A stretch of 63,979 bases of DNA, filler included, from an uncultured bacterium (GTDB taxonomy: Bacteria; Hinthialibacterota; Hinthialibacteria; Hinthialibacterales; Hinthialibacteraceae), in NCBI GenBank assembly GCA_964449065.1. It is 15 parts of 15 records of this genome, joined end to end, with 100 filler letters (N's around TTAATTAATTAA, not from the genome) between each part and the next. Parts side by side here need not be neighbours in the genome. Positions count along the whole stretch, not along the records: positions 17,585 to 21,856 come from CAYVAZ010000393.1; positions 21,957 to 26,208 come from CAYVAZ010000394.1; positions 26,309 to 30,550 come from CAYVAZ010000395.1; positions 30,651 to 34,889 come from CAYVAZ010000396.1; 11 more parts are not named here. The stretch is one strand, 5' to 3'. The notes under the pieces were generated by a model. That model was not told the DNA's origin and ran no database searches. It worked only from the letters and a program-made list of their open reading frames with translations. Shown here in pieces: positions 20,652 to 30,815 of this stretch. A program made the translations under genes and the position numbers. Every line of letters begins with the position of its first letter. Within the stretch, counting starts at the first letter, position 1.

Positions 20652-21500
20652 ATGGATTACGACAACGTATGCAAACTTTTATGCAAGCAGTTTCCGCAGC
20701 AGTACGCGTCGTGGATGGTCAAAGGAATTTCCGCGCCGGTTAGGGTATTGGAGCAGGAATTGAGCCTGGAACCCATCCGGGCTGACTCGGTAATTTTCCT
20801 GCAAACCCAAGACCGGATTTTGCACGTGGAATTTCACGTGAATGTGGAATCCAGTCAACCACCCATCCCGCTGCGGATGCTGGATCATTGGGTGCGCCTT
20901 CACCGGAAATACCGGCTGCCGGTTGTGCAGGGAATCGTCCTGCTGAAAGACTCCCCCGCCGCACGCTCTCTCCCGAATGAATTTCGTTTCGATCAAACCG
21001 TGCATCCCTTTCATATCGTGCGCTTGTGGGAAATGAATGTGGACTGGCTGCTGCAAGATACCGCCTTGTATCCGTTAGCGGTCTTAACCAAAACCGGTGA
21101 TCCCGAACAATTGCTAAACCGGGTTGCCGAAACAATCAAAACCATAGATAATAAAGACGAAAGAACGTTGATTTCAGGATGCGCGCAAATTCTGGCAGGA
21201 TTGCGATATGATGCGGCGCTCATCCATCAAACATTTAAAGAGGATATCATGCGCGAATCCGTCATCTACCAAGAAATTCTGCAAGAAGGCAGGCAAGAAG
21301 GCAGACAAGAAGGCCAACAGTTAGGGTTAGCAATTGCAATAACCAGACAAATGCAGCGTAAATTTGGGAATATTGAACCTTCTTTACTCGAACAGATTCA
21401 GCAATTATCCATTACCGCATTAGAAGAGTTAGCGGTTATGATATTGGATTGCAATGAAATCAGCGAAATTGAAATTTGGCTGGAACACAAACAAGTCTGA
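20652..21500 (+). CDS. Rpn family nuclease/putative transposase with DUF4351-like C-terminus (copy 2)
   Basis: Colinear paralogue of 14509..15548 with the same motifs. Confidence 0.9.
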   Translation: MDYDNVCKLLCKQFPQQYASWMVKGISAPVRVLEQELSLEPIRADSVIFLQTQDRILHVEFHVNVESSQPPIPLRMLDHWVRLHRKYRLPVVQGIVLLKDSPAARSLPNEFRFDQTVHPFHIVRLWEMNVDWLLQDTALYPLAVLTKTGDPEQLLNRVAETIKTIDNKDERTLISGCAQILAGLRYDAALIHQTFKEDIMRESVIYQEILQEGRQEGRQEGQQLGLAIAITRQMQRKFGNIEPSLLEQIQQLSITALEELAVMILDCNEISEIEIWLEHKQV

Positions 21501-21534
21501 CTGTTGCTTCAATAGATAATCCGTTGGGTCTACG

Positions 21535-21708
21535 CAACGCGGCGACTTCAACCGCGTAGTTCGAGTTCCGCCACTTTGGATTCTCTTGATTCCCCTTCCA
21601 CATCACGTTGATGTTGGTGTTGATTATCCGCTCGATATCGGTTCGGTCAAATGTGATACCCGAATGATACGCTTCAGCAATCTCATGCACTTCTCCCGCC
21701 TGGTGGTT
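21535..21708 (-). pseudogene. 174-bp fragment duplicating 19464-19637 of the neighbouring secreted-protein gene
   Basis: Gap-free alignment with 18 mismatches by hand count, 11 of them synonymous. Confidence 0.85.
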
Positions 21709-21956
21709 ATACCACTTCCTATTTGGATTGTTCACCAAAATCAAAACAGCTTAACAGATTGCTTCGTTTGATTGCCAAGGAAAAAACTTCTTTAAAACCG
21801 ATTGAATCTTTATGGTTTATGGTTCTCTTCGCACCCCCTCTGTCCTCCTTGCGTCGNNNNNNNNNNNNNNNNNNNNNNNNNNNNNNNNNNNNNNNNNNNN
21901 TTAATTAATTAANNNNNNNNNNNNNNNNNNNNNNNNNNNNNNNNNNNNNNNNNNNN

Positions 21957-24234
21957 TCATGCGTTTTTGAATGTCATCCAATTCGCTTTGAATGGCGGGC
22001 TGGCGGGTTTTGGCGTGGTTCAGTTGATTGTGTTCGGCAGGGGCGTTTTTCAACTTCGCCTGTTCATCATACAACGACTTGCGTTTCTCCAACTCTTTCA
22101 GCAGCGGCGCAATCCGTTCATCCAGTGTTTTGATTTCTTCTTGCTCATTTTTACAAAAATCATTCTGAGACAAGGATGTCTGCTTGGTTTGAATTTCTTG
22201 CTGAACCGTCTTGAGACGCTCACTCAACTGCGATTCTTTCGCCTTCATCTCGTGCAGGGTTTTCCAATCATTCTCAACCTGCCGCTGCTCGTGCATCTGC
22301 TTTTGCAGGTCGCTGTGCCGTTCGGGTGAATATTCCAGCGCCTTCAGTTCTTGTTGATAGCCTGTGAACTGCTTGCGGATATCTTGTGCAAAGTTGTTTT
22401 CTTTCAGCTGCGTTTCGATCCTGTCAAGTTCTTCCTTCAGCGCTTCCAGCCTCTTTTGCTCTTCCTCTTTTTTCGCGAGACCTTCCCGCTCGTTTTGGTA
22501 GGTCACAATGCGCTTGTGTAATTCTTCCATCTGCTCTTTTCGCGTTTTGTGTTGCTGTAAAAGGGTTTCGCGTTCCTCTTTCGCGGATTCACTCTGTTTG
22601 GTGAAGGATGCAATCTCACTCTCAAGCCGTTTGATTTCTTCCTGATAATGCCCCTTCAAATCATCTTGGGCGTGTTCGCTTAGCGGCTGTTTGCACACGG
22701 GGCACGCTTCCGTACTGCCCTGCTCAATCAGGTGGATGACATCGCGGGTGTTTTGCAATTCCTTTTTTGCTTGCTTGGCTTTTTCGGCGCATTGCTCCAT
22801 CCGGCTGCGGGTGTCTTGCCCCTTTTGCTCCAAGGTCTGTAACTCATCCTGTTTGGCCTTTAACTGCTCTTCCATCGTTTTTAGTTCTTTTTGTTTTTGC
22901 TTGATGGATTCAATTTCTTTTTGCAAAGCAGGCAGGGGCTGGGTTTGCCCGCGCAGTTCCGACTGCTTATTCATCAATTGCTGACGCGCCTGCTCGATTT
23001 GCTTTTCGGCCTCGGTGATCTTGGATTGCAGCTGATCGAAAGCGGGTTTTGATTCGCTTAATTTCTTTTCTTCTTGAACGATCCGCTCATACGCTTGATA
23101 TTGCTTGGTGATTTCCGGCTCTTTCCCGATCCACTGTTTGCATTCACCGATTGCGGTGTTGATCTGCTTTTCTTCCGATTGCAACCCCGCCAGCTTTTCG
23201 CGCAGATCTGAGCGTTTCTCATCGATCCGCTTTTGAACCTTGCTTTTGGTATCTTCCAACTTCCGGCATTGCGATTCGGTATCGAGAAATGCTTTCAGCG
23301 CCTCATTGATTTCTTCATACCGCTTAAAGTTGCTTTCAATTTCCCGTTCGCGGTCAATCAACTGGTTTGCGCCATCATATTCTTTCTGCAAATCTTTGCG
23401 GCGTTTGCTGTATTCCTGCTTGCGCTGTTCCAGCGAATCCTTTTCCCGTTTCCACCCGTCGGCGCGTTCCTTTTCCAGGCGCAGGCGGTTGAGCTCATCC
23501 TGCACCTTGGTTTCTTGCTCATAGAGTTGATTGAGTTCATGCTCTTTGGCGGCCAGCGACTTCTTTAGTTCTTCTTCTTTCTCTAAAAACGATTGCTCTT
23601 CCTTCAGTTCTTCTTCGATGCTGCCGATACGCTGGTGAATCGCCTCATTTTCTGATTTCTGGGCGCCCAATTCTACTTTCACTGCTTCCAGCAGTTGCTC
23701 GTAATATCCCAAGCCCATGATGTTGGTGAGGATTTCTTTGCGGTCTTTGGGAGACTGGCGGGTAAACTCATCCGATTTGCCCTGCTTTAAGAACGATGAA
23801 TTCACAAAGGTGCGGTAATCCAGCCCGACGGTTTCAATGATGCGCTTCTGTGTTTCCTTCTTGCTGCTGCCGGTGAGCAAGCGGGATTTTCCTTCATCCG
23901 AATCTCGCACTGAAAACTCCAGCGTGCTCTTGCCTTGTTTTTTGCCGCGCTTGAAGCCGCGCGTGACGGTGTATTCATGCCCGTTCAACAAGAAGGTGAA
24001 CTCCACCGTCATCTCATCGGCATTCAGGCGCAACAGGTCCGAGTCGGGCGTGCGGCTGAAATCCGCCTTGCGCGCTTCTCCCCAAACCGCCCAGGTTATG
24101 GCATCCAGCAGCGCCGATTTTCCGTGCCCGTTCTTTCCGCTCAAACACGCGAGTTTGAAGGTGGTGAAATCCAACGGATCCACCTGCTCGCCGTACGACA
24201 AAAAATTCTGCAAATCCAACTTTAAAGGTATCAT
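21957..24234 (-). CDS. sbcC: SbcC/Rad50-like SMC ATPase (3'-partial)
   Basis: NFLSY, Walker A GKNGHGKS, Q-loop FLKQG, long coiled coil, Zn-hook CPVC. Confidence 0.93.
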
Positions 24235-24394
24235 AGTAAATCGAGTGACTCGTGATGAGTAACAAATGACGAGAGATTTGTTTTACCGGTCACTAACCAC
24301 TCGTCATTTATCACTGGTTTTAAACTATCTTAAGACTTGAATCCAATCCATTAAAGGATTCAATCAACCCATCCAATAAAAAGGTATCTTACAC

Positions 24395-25129
24395 ATGATC
24401 GATCTCGCTTTCACCTGGCAGGAACTGCGCGACCGCCGGATGGACAAGACCATCGTTGTTGTCGCCGATATTTTGCGCGCCACCACCGTCATGGTTACCG
24501 CCCTCACCAACGGGGCTGATGCCATTCTGCCGCAAGCCGCCGAAGAAGACGCCCGCAATCTGCATTTGCAAATGAAGGATGCAGGAAAACCGGTTCTCAT
24601 CTGCGGAGAACGCGGCGGCCTCAAAATCCCCGGCTTTGATCTCGGTAATTCTCCCCGTGAATTTACACCCGAAAACGTTGCGGGCAAAACCATCATCCAT
24701 CTGACCACCAACGGCACCAAAGCGCTGAATCAAGTCAAATCCGCGTCCGCTGTCTTCATCGCGGCGTTCTTAAACCGCAAATCTGTCGCGCAAGCTTTGG
24801 TTCCGCATATCCAGCACGACAATGATATTTTATTGGCCGCGTCCGGCAAAGAAGGATTCTTTTGCCTGGAAGACACCGTCTGCCTCGGCGGTATCATCGA
24901 AGAATTGGCCGCGAATGATTCCCGCCATTTCGAATGCAGCGATGCCGCTGTTTCCGCCCAAATTCTGTATCAAGCCTATCACGCCAACCTCAAACAATCC
25001 TTGCCCACCTTCTCTCATGCCCGCTACCTCGCCGGCGTAGGGTTAGCGGATGATCTGCCCCTATGCGCAGAGTTGGATACATCAACGCTTGTACCGATAT
25101 TAAAAGGGGAGCGGATCGTCAAAGAGTAA
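24395..25129 (+). CDS. comB: 2-phosphosulfolactate phosphatase family
   Basis: DILRATT, GERGG..IPGFDLGNSPRE, TTNGT, EDTVC. Confidence 0.9.
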   Translation: MIDLAFTWQELRDRRMDKTIVVVADILRATTVMVTALTNGADAILPQAAEEDARNLHLQMKDAGKPVLICGERGGLKIPGFDLGNSPREFTPENVAGKTIIHLTTNGTKALNQVKSASAVFIAAFLNRKSVAQALVPHIQHDNDILLAASGKEGFFCLEDTVCLGGIIEELAANDSRHFECSDAAVSAQILYQAYHANLKQSLPTFSHARYLAGVGLADDLPLCAELDTSTLVPILKGERIVKE

Positions 25130-25153
25130 GGGCACATTGCAATGTGCCCCTAC
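25127..25153. repeat. GTAGGGGCAC-type REP palindrome. Copies at 25127-25153, 48256-48282 and 59778-59805
   Basis: taagggcacattgcaatgtgcccctac; taggggcacattgcaatctgcccctac; perfect 28-bp gtaggggcacgctgcagcgtgcccctac. Confidence 0.8.
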
Positions 25154-25209
25154 TGATTTTGCTGCATTAGTATGCATTCGCGGTTGCATTTACTTCCTTT
25201 CATCACTTG

Positions 25210-25803
25210 TCACTCAACACTGGATAAATACCGCGACGCCTTCGCCCCCTTCAAATACACTACCAGCGCTTCGCGAAAGCGTTGATCAGCCGAATAGGCA
25301 ATATGTGTCGTCACATGCCGGTTCACAAAGCGCTGGAATTCCCGCTTTTCCGCGTCGGTATCCAATGGAAATATACACGTCTTTACCACCGGCCGTTCGC
25401 CCTGCTTGGAAGGAAACTCGCCATGCGGATTGGATGCATAATGGTCTTTCAGGATTTTATTCCCCGCTTCAATATGCCGTTTTACGGTTGAGTATGACAC
25501 ACGCAGTTTTGTTGCGATTCTCTGACAATCCTCTCCAGTCGAAAGCATCATCAGCATACAGTTGCGCCGTACGCCGCTCATTTTTTTGCGCACGACAGAT
25601 TTCAGTTCCGCTATTTTCGCCAGCCAATCCGCATCGCTGAAGATATCCCGCACCTGTCCGATGGGGTTTTCACCGCTGAGTTCCTGCATACGGTTTAAAA
25701 AATTCGGTTCGAATGGATATTCATGATGATCCATTTCTTTGGTCACATCCTTCAACTGCTCCTCCCACTCCGGGGGCTGTTTTTCCATCGGTTCTGTTTT
25801 CAT
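25210..25803 (-). CDS. Hypothetical protein with sigma-region-4-like HTH
   Basis: QRIATKLRVSYSTVKRHI HTH-like segment. GGAG upstream of the ATG at 25803. Confidence 0.55.
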   Translation of the reverse strand: MKTEPMEKQPPEWEEQLKDVTKEMDHHEYPFEPNFLNRMQELSGENPIGQVRDIFSDADWLAKIAELKSVVRKKMSGVRRNCMLMMLSTGEDCQRIATKLRVSYSTVKRHIEAGNKILKDHYASNPHGEFPSKQGERPVVKTCIFPLDTDAEKREFQRFVNRHVTTHIAYSADQRFREALVVYLKGAKASRYLSSVE

Positions 25804-26109
25804 AGTTCCACTCCAAATTTCGTAGTCTAAAACTGCTCGAAATATGAGACTGCAACTCCCATGCCAAAAAGTGAACGGATGTTCATTGATCATGATTACA
25901 ATGATCGATTCTTAATCACAGGGCATTTCTGGTTTGGAAAAACGATAGACATAAAAAAAGTGATAAGTGTCGAGCTCCGAACCCTCAAAAAAGGCCTTGA
26001 GGGATATAGCGCAAGGCTAACACGATAAGGCTTGCTAGAACGTATTTCCAACCTGAGTTTAAGAAAGTGAAGATACGCAAATGATGATTGACTGCAGAGA
26101 ATTTTGTTA

Positions 26110-26183
26110 TAGACCAAATTGTCTAAATTAAACGCAAGGTCTATCGTCTTCTCCCTTTGGGAAAAGATAAGAGATGAGGGTGA
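26110..26183 (+). repeat. Repeat family D (TAGACCAAATT...AAACGCAAGGTCTATCGTCTTC...). Copies at 30269-30337 (reverse) and ~34838-34889
   Basis: Direct sequence comparison across three contig ends. Confidence 0.75.
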
Positions 26184-26308
26184 AGAGAGCGGTTGCTCCC
26201 TATGACGCNNNNNNNNNNNNNNNNNNNNNNNNNNNNNNNNNNNNNNNNNNNNTTAATTAATTAANNNNNNNNNNNNNNNNNNNNNNNNNNNNNNNNNNNN
26301 NNNNNNNN

Positions 26309-26360
26309 CAACAAAAACCATTTTTCAAGCAATAGACAATCATGGATTGCGTAACATCAG
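26309..26360 (-). repeat. Repeat family with terminus TTAA-CTGATGTTACGCAA. Copies at 34767-34822, 52279-52334 and 56598-56611
   Basis: Near-identical 52-56 bp in three contigs and the 14-bp terminus in a fourth, each abutting TTAA. Confidence 0.8.
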
Positions 26361-26378
26361 TTAAGATAATTCTTTTCG

Positions 26379-27362
26379 TTAATACGGTCCCCGAATGTAC
26401 GGTTTGGCTTTTTCTTGATAAATCACTTTTAACTGTTGATGGAGTTCTTCGGATAGTGGTGGCAAAACCGATGCCGCGGCATTGGTTTTCGTCTGCTCCG
26501 GCCTGCGTGCGCCGGGGATGATGGTGGTTACCGCGTCATGATCGAGAATCCACCGCAGCGCCATTTGCGGCATGGTCATTCCCTCGGGCACAAGCGGGCG
26601 GACGGCCTCTACCGCTGCAAGGCCGTGTTCGAATTTCATCCCCGCGAAGGTTTCGCCCACGTTAAACATCCGGCCGTCGCGGTTGAAGTTGCGGTGGTCA
26701 TTTTTCGCGAATGTGGTTTCGTTGGTGTAGCGGCCGCCCAACAACCCGCTGGCGAGCGGCAGACGGATGATAAGGGAAATGCCTTTGTGACGGGCTTCAG
26801 CAAAAACGGTGTCAATCGGTTTTTGCCGAAAGATGTTGAAGATGATTTGCAACGAGGCCAAGCCTTCTTGTTTCATGCATATTTTTGCTTCATCCATCGA
26901 TTCCACACTGGCGCCAAACCGTTTAATTTTGCCCTCTTGCTTCAATTTCCGCAGCCAATCGAATACTTCGCCTTGCTTCATGAATTCAGTGGGAATGCAG
27001 TGCAACTGAGTTAAATCCAGCGCTTCTACCCCCAAGCGTTTGAGAGAGGCTTCGGTAAAGCGCCGGAAATTCTGTTCACTGATATTGTCCGGCAATCCGG
27101 GATTGGGGAAACGTCCCAGTTTGGTCGCGATAAAAATATTTTCGGAACAATCCCGTATAAATTTTCCGATGAGGGTCTCACTTCTGCCTGCGCCATATAC
27201 ATCTGCTGTATCAAAAAAGGTTAAGCCGGATTCGACGGCCGCATTCAAAATGTTGAAAGAGGTTGCTTCATCAATATCTCCCCAATCGCCACCAAGCTGC
27301 CATGCACCCAATCCAATTTCCGGTACCGCTTGGCCGTTTTGTGCGAAGGACCGTTTTTTCAT
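26379..27362 (-). CDS. Aldo/keto reductase
   Basis: IGLGAWQLGG, FFDTADVYG.GRSE, IATK, SLKRLG...DL.QLH, PLASGLL, IPGA. Confidence 0.95.
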   Translation of the reverse strand: MKKRSFAQNGQAVPEIGLGAWQLGGDWGDIDEATSFNILNAAVESGLTFFDTADVYGAGRSETLIGKFIRDCSENIFIATKLGRFPNPGLPDNISEQNFRRFTEASLKRLGVEALDLTQLHCIPTEFMKQGEVFDWLRKLKQEGKIKRFGASVESMDEAKICMKQEGLASLQIIFNIFRQKPIDTVFAEARHKGISLIIRLPLASGLLGGRYTNETTFAKNDHRNFNRDGRMFNVGETFAGMKFEHGLAAVEAVRPLVPEGMTMPQMALRWILDHDAVTTIIPGARRPEQTKTNAAASVLPPLSEELHQQLKVIYQEKAKPYIRGPY

Positions 27363-27596
27363 TAGTATTGCTCCTATAAAAATTGCGTTTGCATTAAAAC
27401 TATTTCATAAAAGTGATAATCTACGGGTATTTCCCCCAGTTAACACTAATACTCATTTATAATAAATACCGTCCATTCATATGTCGCATATCGAGACATG
27501 TGTTCGGATGATGTGCGGATTCTTTTTACATTGTAAAAGTATAATTCTTTGATACAATCTTAATTTTAACACATTTCTGAAAAAGGATGAAGTAAA

Positions 27597-28016
27597 ATGG
27601 CAGTATTAGTGGAAGGGAATTATTATTTATTGAAAGATGTTCACAATTATTTGGGGGGGAATCAAAAAGGATTTTTGATTCACAACAAAAACAATATTGT
27701 CGGCGCCCATTTTAACCGTTTCATCCAACCCTTAGCGCCGGATACCGTGTTTGTCTGGCAAACCATATCCAATTCCCAAAGCAAACACCCCAAACGCAAT
27801 TCGGTGCTGGCCAACCAGTGGATTGAAGAGAAAACTTCGATTCCTATTTTTGTCAGCACGAAAAATTCGTATGAATGGGAATACAAAGGCAAATACAAAA
27901 TTGGAAAGGTTCGCAAATCCCCCAAAGATTTAAAAGCGTTGATGGATGAATTTCCCCGCAAAGATCACAAAATTATTATGGCTTTGGATCTAAAAAAAGT
28001 ACCGGAAAACGAATGA
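27597..28016 (+). CDS. Hypothetical protein, possibly SRA/PUA-like fold
   Basis: Clear RBS. Pattern H..LGG.....P.AP....IPIF......WEY.G.Y. ATGA overlap with yaaA. Confidence 0.5.
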   Translation: MAVLVEGNYYLLKDVHNYLGGNQKGFLIHNKNNIVGAHFNRFIQPLAPDTVFVWQTISNSQSKHPKRNSVLANQWIEEKTSIPIFVSTKNSYEWEYKGKYKIGKVRKSPKDLKALMDEFPRKDHKIIMALDLKKVPENE

Positions 28017-28684
28017 AAAAAACAGTCATTCTTCTTCCGCCATCCGAGGGGAAAACCGAAGGGGGTCTGCACCCCTTATTGTCGTCTGTTCATCCCAACA
28101 CCAAAACACTCTTGAAGCGGATCGAAAATTTTGATGGTGAATATGAAAAATTATATGGCGTAAAAGGAGAGGCCTGCCAGAAGGCAATCGAAGCAAACCG
28201 CAACGTCTTGAAGTCACCGACGATGCCGGCCATCGAACGCTATTCCGGCGTGGTTTTTCAGGGGTTGGATTATCCCAGCCTTCAAAAGAAGCAGCTTTGC
28301 AAGCAGCGGGTGTATTTTGTTTCCGCTCTATTCGGCTTAATCCGCGCGGATGAGCGGATCCCCAACTACAAACTGAAAATCGATAAATTGGATGCCGCGA
28401 AACTATGGCTGCCGGAAATAAAAGAGCGGTTAAAGAAGTTGTTTGTCATTGATCTGTTGCCGCAGTCTCACAAAAAAGCGGTGGCATACGAGCAGGGAAT
28501 TGCCGTTGAGTTTGTGACCATCAAAACCGGCAAAAAAGTTCCTGCCGGTCACCAAGGCAAATACATCAAAGGCCGCTTTGTACGCTGGCTGCTGGAAAAC
28601 AACATTCCCGGCACATCCCGCTTTCCTGAATTTCAAGAAGATGGATACATCTGGGATGGGAATGTGTTTGTTCAAAAAAAATAA
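28013..28684 (+). CDS. yaaA: YaaA family (peroxide stress, DNA-binding) protein
   Basis: ILLPPSEGK, PAIERYSGVVF, SALFGLI...IPNYKL, K..KGRFVR. Confidence 0.85.
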   Translation: MKKTVILLPPSEGKTEGGLHPLLSSVHPNTKTLLKRIENFDGEYEKLYGVKGEACQKAIEANRNVLKSPTMPAIERYSGVVFQGLDYPSLQKKQLCKQRVYFVSALFGLIRADERIPNYKLKIDKLDAAKLWLPEIKERLKKLFVIDLLPQSHKKAVAYEQGIAVEFVTIKTGKKVPAGHQGKYIKGRFVRWLLENNIPGTSRFPEFQEDGYIWDGNVFVQKK

Positions 28685-28854
28685 CGCTGCTTATACCACG
28701 TTGCAATGAGCAAGTGAGTGATTCCCTATTTTAATTTGATAGGGGTCCCTCATGGTCACCCCACCCCATTGAACCGGAGATTCTGAATCGCAAATGGTGT
28801 AAGATAGCGTGATGCAGCCTGTAGGGTGATGTGGCGGGACGCTGTAGGTACGAT

Positions 28855-29778
28855 TTAAACCTCCAATTCTCCTGCGCTTTCCACCCGGTTTCTTCCCTTT
28901 CTTTTTGCTTGGTATAATGCACGATCAATATGATGCAAGAGTTTATCGAAAGGCAAATCAAAGATTTTCCCCTGCGCCGCCATATACCCTGCACTGATCG
29001 TAATGGGGATGCTGTTATTTGCTGTTACAAATGGCTGTTCTTGAAAATGAATGCGTATCCGTTCTGCGATCGTTCGGGTACAGCTTTCATCACAGTCAGG
29101 CGCTTGCACCAAAAATTCTTCGCCTCCATAGCGTCCTGCAATGTCGTATTCGCGAATCGAGTCTTTTATCCGCCGCGCCGCTTCCCGCAGTATATGATCA
29201 CCGCTTATATGACCGTAAGTGTCGTTAATGGTTTTAAAGTTATCTATATCCAGCATGATCAATCCCAATGGACACTCCTTGCGCTTGGAGCGTAGGATTT
29301 CTTGCTGAATGTGGGCGAAAAACGCCCGTCGGTTAAACAAGCCTGTTAGCGAATCGGTAATCGCCGATTGCTGCAGTTGTTCCCGCGCTTTGATTAAGTC
29401 GTTTTGCAACTGAATGATCCGCTCGCCGGTACGAAGGCGAACCCGCAATTCCTGCGGATTGAACGGTTTGACAATATAATCGTCCGCCCCTGCATTCAGT
29501 CCCTGAACAATGTCTTCCGGCTTATCTTTCGCTGTTAACAATATGGTAAAGATGTATGAGTCCCGGTTGCGGCTGCGCACCATGCGGCAAAGTTCCAAGC
29601 CGTTAATTTCGGGCAAGCTCCAGTCGATTAACGCTAGACGGGGGCAGTCGTTTGACAGCAGCACCTCTTTCGACTGCAGTTCATCCATGCAACTGATGAC
29701 CTCGTATCCCCACTCCGTAAGGTTACGTTCCATTAGTTTTTGCGTAATCATGCTGGCTTCGACCACAAGTATCTTCAA
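28855..29778 (-). CDS. Response-regulator diguanylate cyclase (REC-GGDEF)
   Basis: REC (LIDW.LP..NG, GADDYIVKPF), TDSLTGLFNRR, DIDNFK.INDTYGH, RxxD I-site, GGEEF. Confidence 0.95.
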   Translation of the reverse strand: MKILVVEASMITQKLMERNLTEWGYEVISCMDELQSKEVLLSNDCPRLALIDWSLPEINGLELCRMVRSRNRDSYIFTILLTAKDKPEDIVQGLNAGADDYIVKPFNPQELRVRLRTGERIIQLQNDLIKAREQLQQSAITDSLTGLFNRRAFFAHIQQEILRSKRKECPLGLIMLDIDNFKTINDTYGHISGDHILREAARRIKDSIREYDIAGRYGGEEFLVQAPDCDESCTRTIAERIRIHFQEQPFVTANNSIPITISAGYMAAQGKIFDLPFDKLLHHIDRALYQAKRKGRNRVESAGELEV

Positions 29779-30125
29779 GAAGAGAGTTCCTTTTGAATGG
29801 TTTCCAATACGGGCCTGAGTTGGTTGACTTCTTCATCCAATTTTACGATAGCCGCTTCGGTTTGATCAAGGCGGTTATTTTTTCCGGTCCGTTCCAATGC
29901 ATAAGCGGTGTCAAAGGCGGATGGGCAGGCAAAGTTGGATAGCGAGCCTTTTAAGGTATGCGCGGCGTTCGCGACCTTTTCGGCATTGTTGTCATGCAGT
30001 GCCGCGCGAATTTTTTTGATATGTGACGGATACTCCGCGTAAAACAAATCGATCACTTCCTGCAGCAATTCCGCGTCATATCCAACCCGGTTTAACAATT
30101 CCTCTTTATTGACAACGCACTCCAT
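29775..30125 (-). CDS. Hpt phosphotransfer protein
   Basis: AHTLKGS motif. Overlaps the cyclase start. Confidence 0.9.
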   Translation of the reverse strand: MECVVNKEELLNRVGYDAELLQEVIDLFYAEYPSHIKKIRAALHDNNAEKVANAAHTLKGSLSNFACPSAFDTAYALERTGKNNRLDQTEAAIVKLDEEVNQLRPVLETIQKELSS

Positions 30126-30334
30126 GCAAATCCCTCATTATTTTAATCTACAGTATTATAGTATATTCCATCTGGTAGGTAAAACATTTTTAGCGTACGC
30201 TATCCATTCCTAATGAAATGCGGTTGTTTTTGATACGTTCGTTTTTCGTATCATTCGCTTTATTTATCGCTCTCGCCCACAGAGAGAGGGAAGATGAAGA
30301 CGATAGACCTTGCGTTTGACATAGAAAATTTGGT

Positions 30335-30443
30335 CTAGTAGTCTGTCAATCAAAAAATGACGGCTGGTTATCCGTTGTTGCCCCCTTGATAAGGGGGGTA
30401 GGGGGGATCGATACCCGTCATTTAATCGTTGACACTGTACTAG
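30335..30443 (-). mobile_element. MITE family A, full copy, CTAG on both sides
   Basis: CTAG-tagtctgtcaa...ttgacactgta-CTAG. Reverse homologue of 8407-8517. Confidence 0.78.
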
Positions 30444-30815
30444 TACTTTTCTCTTTTTAGCAGAAATCAATCACCATTTGCGTACCTTCTTTCACTGTAA
30501 CAGGTCAGCGATATGAAGTGCATATTCAAAAAATCGAATCGATTTTCTCANNNNNNNNNNNNNNNNNNNNNNNNNNNNNNNNNNNNNNNNNNNNTTAATT
30601 AATTAANNNNNNNNNNNNNNNNNNNNNNNNNNNNNNNNNNNNNNNNNNNNACAAGCCCTGGGAGGGCGAGGCTCCCGCCGAGCCAGCGGCACGCTATCCT
30701 TCCCCGATAATCCAAAATAAAACTGATATGAAACTCTAATATCTGAGTATGCCCCCGTCGTTATTCACGTGAATTCGCGTGCATTCGCGGTTGAAAAACG
30801 CGGACATCACTTCAG

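Noticed and set aside
19464..21708. Diversity-generating retroelement (TR/VR pair)
   Set aside because: Mismatches are not adenine-specific, are mostly synonymous third positions, and no reverse transcriptase is present.
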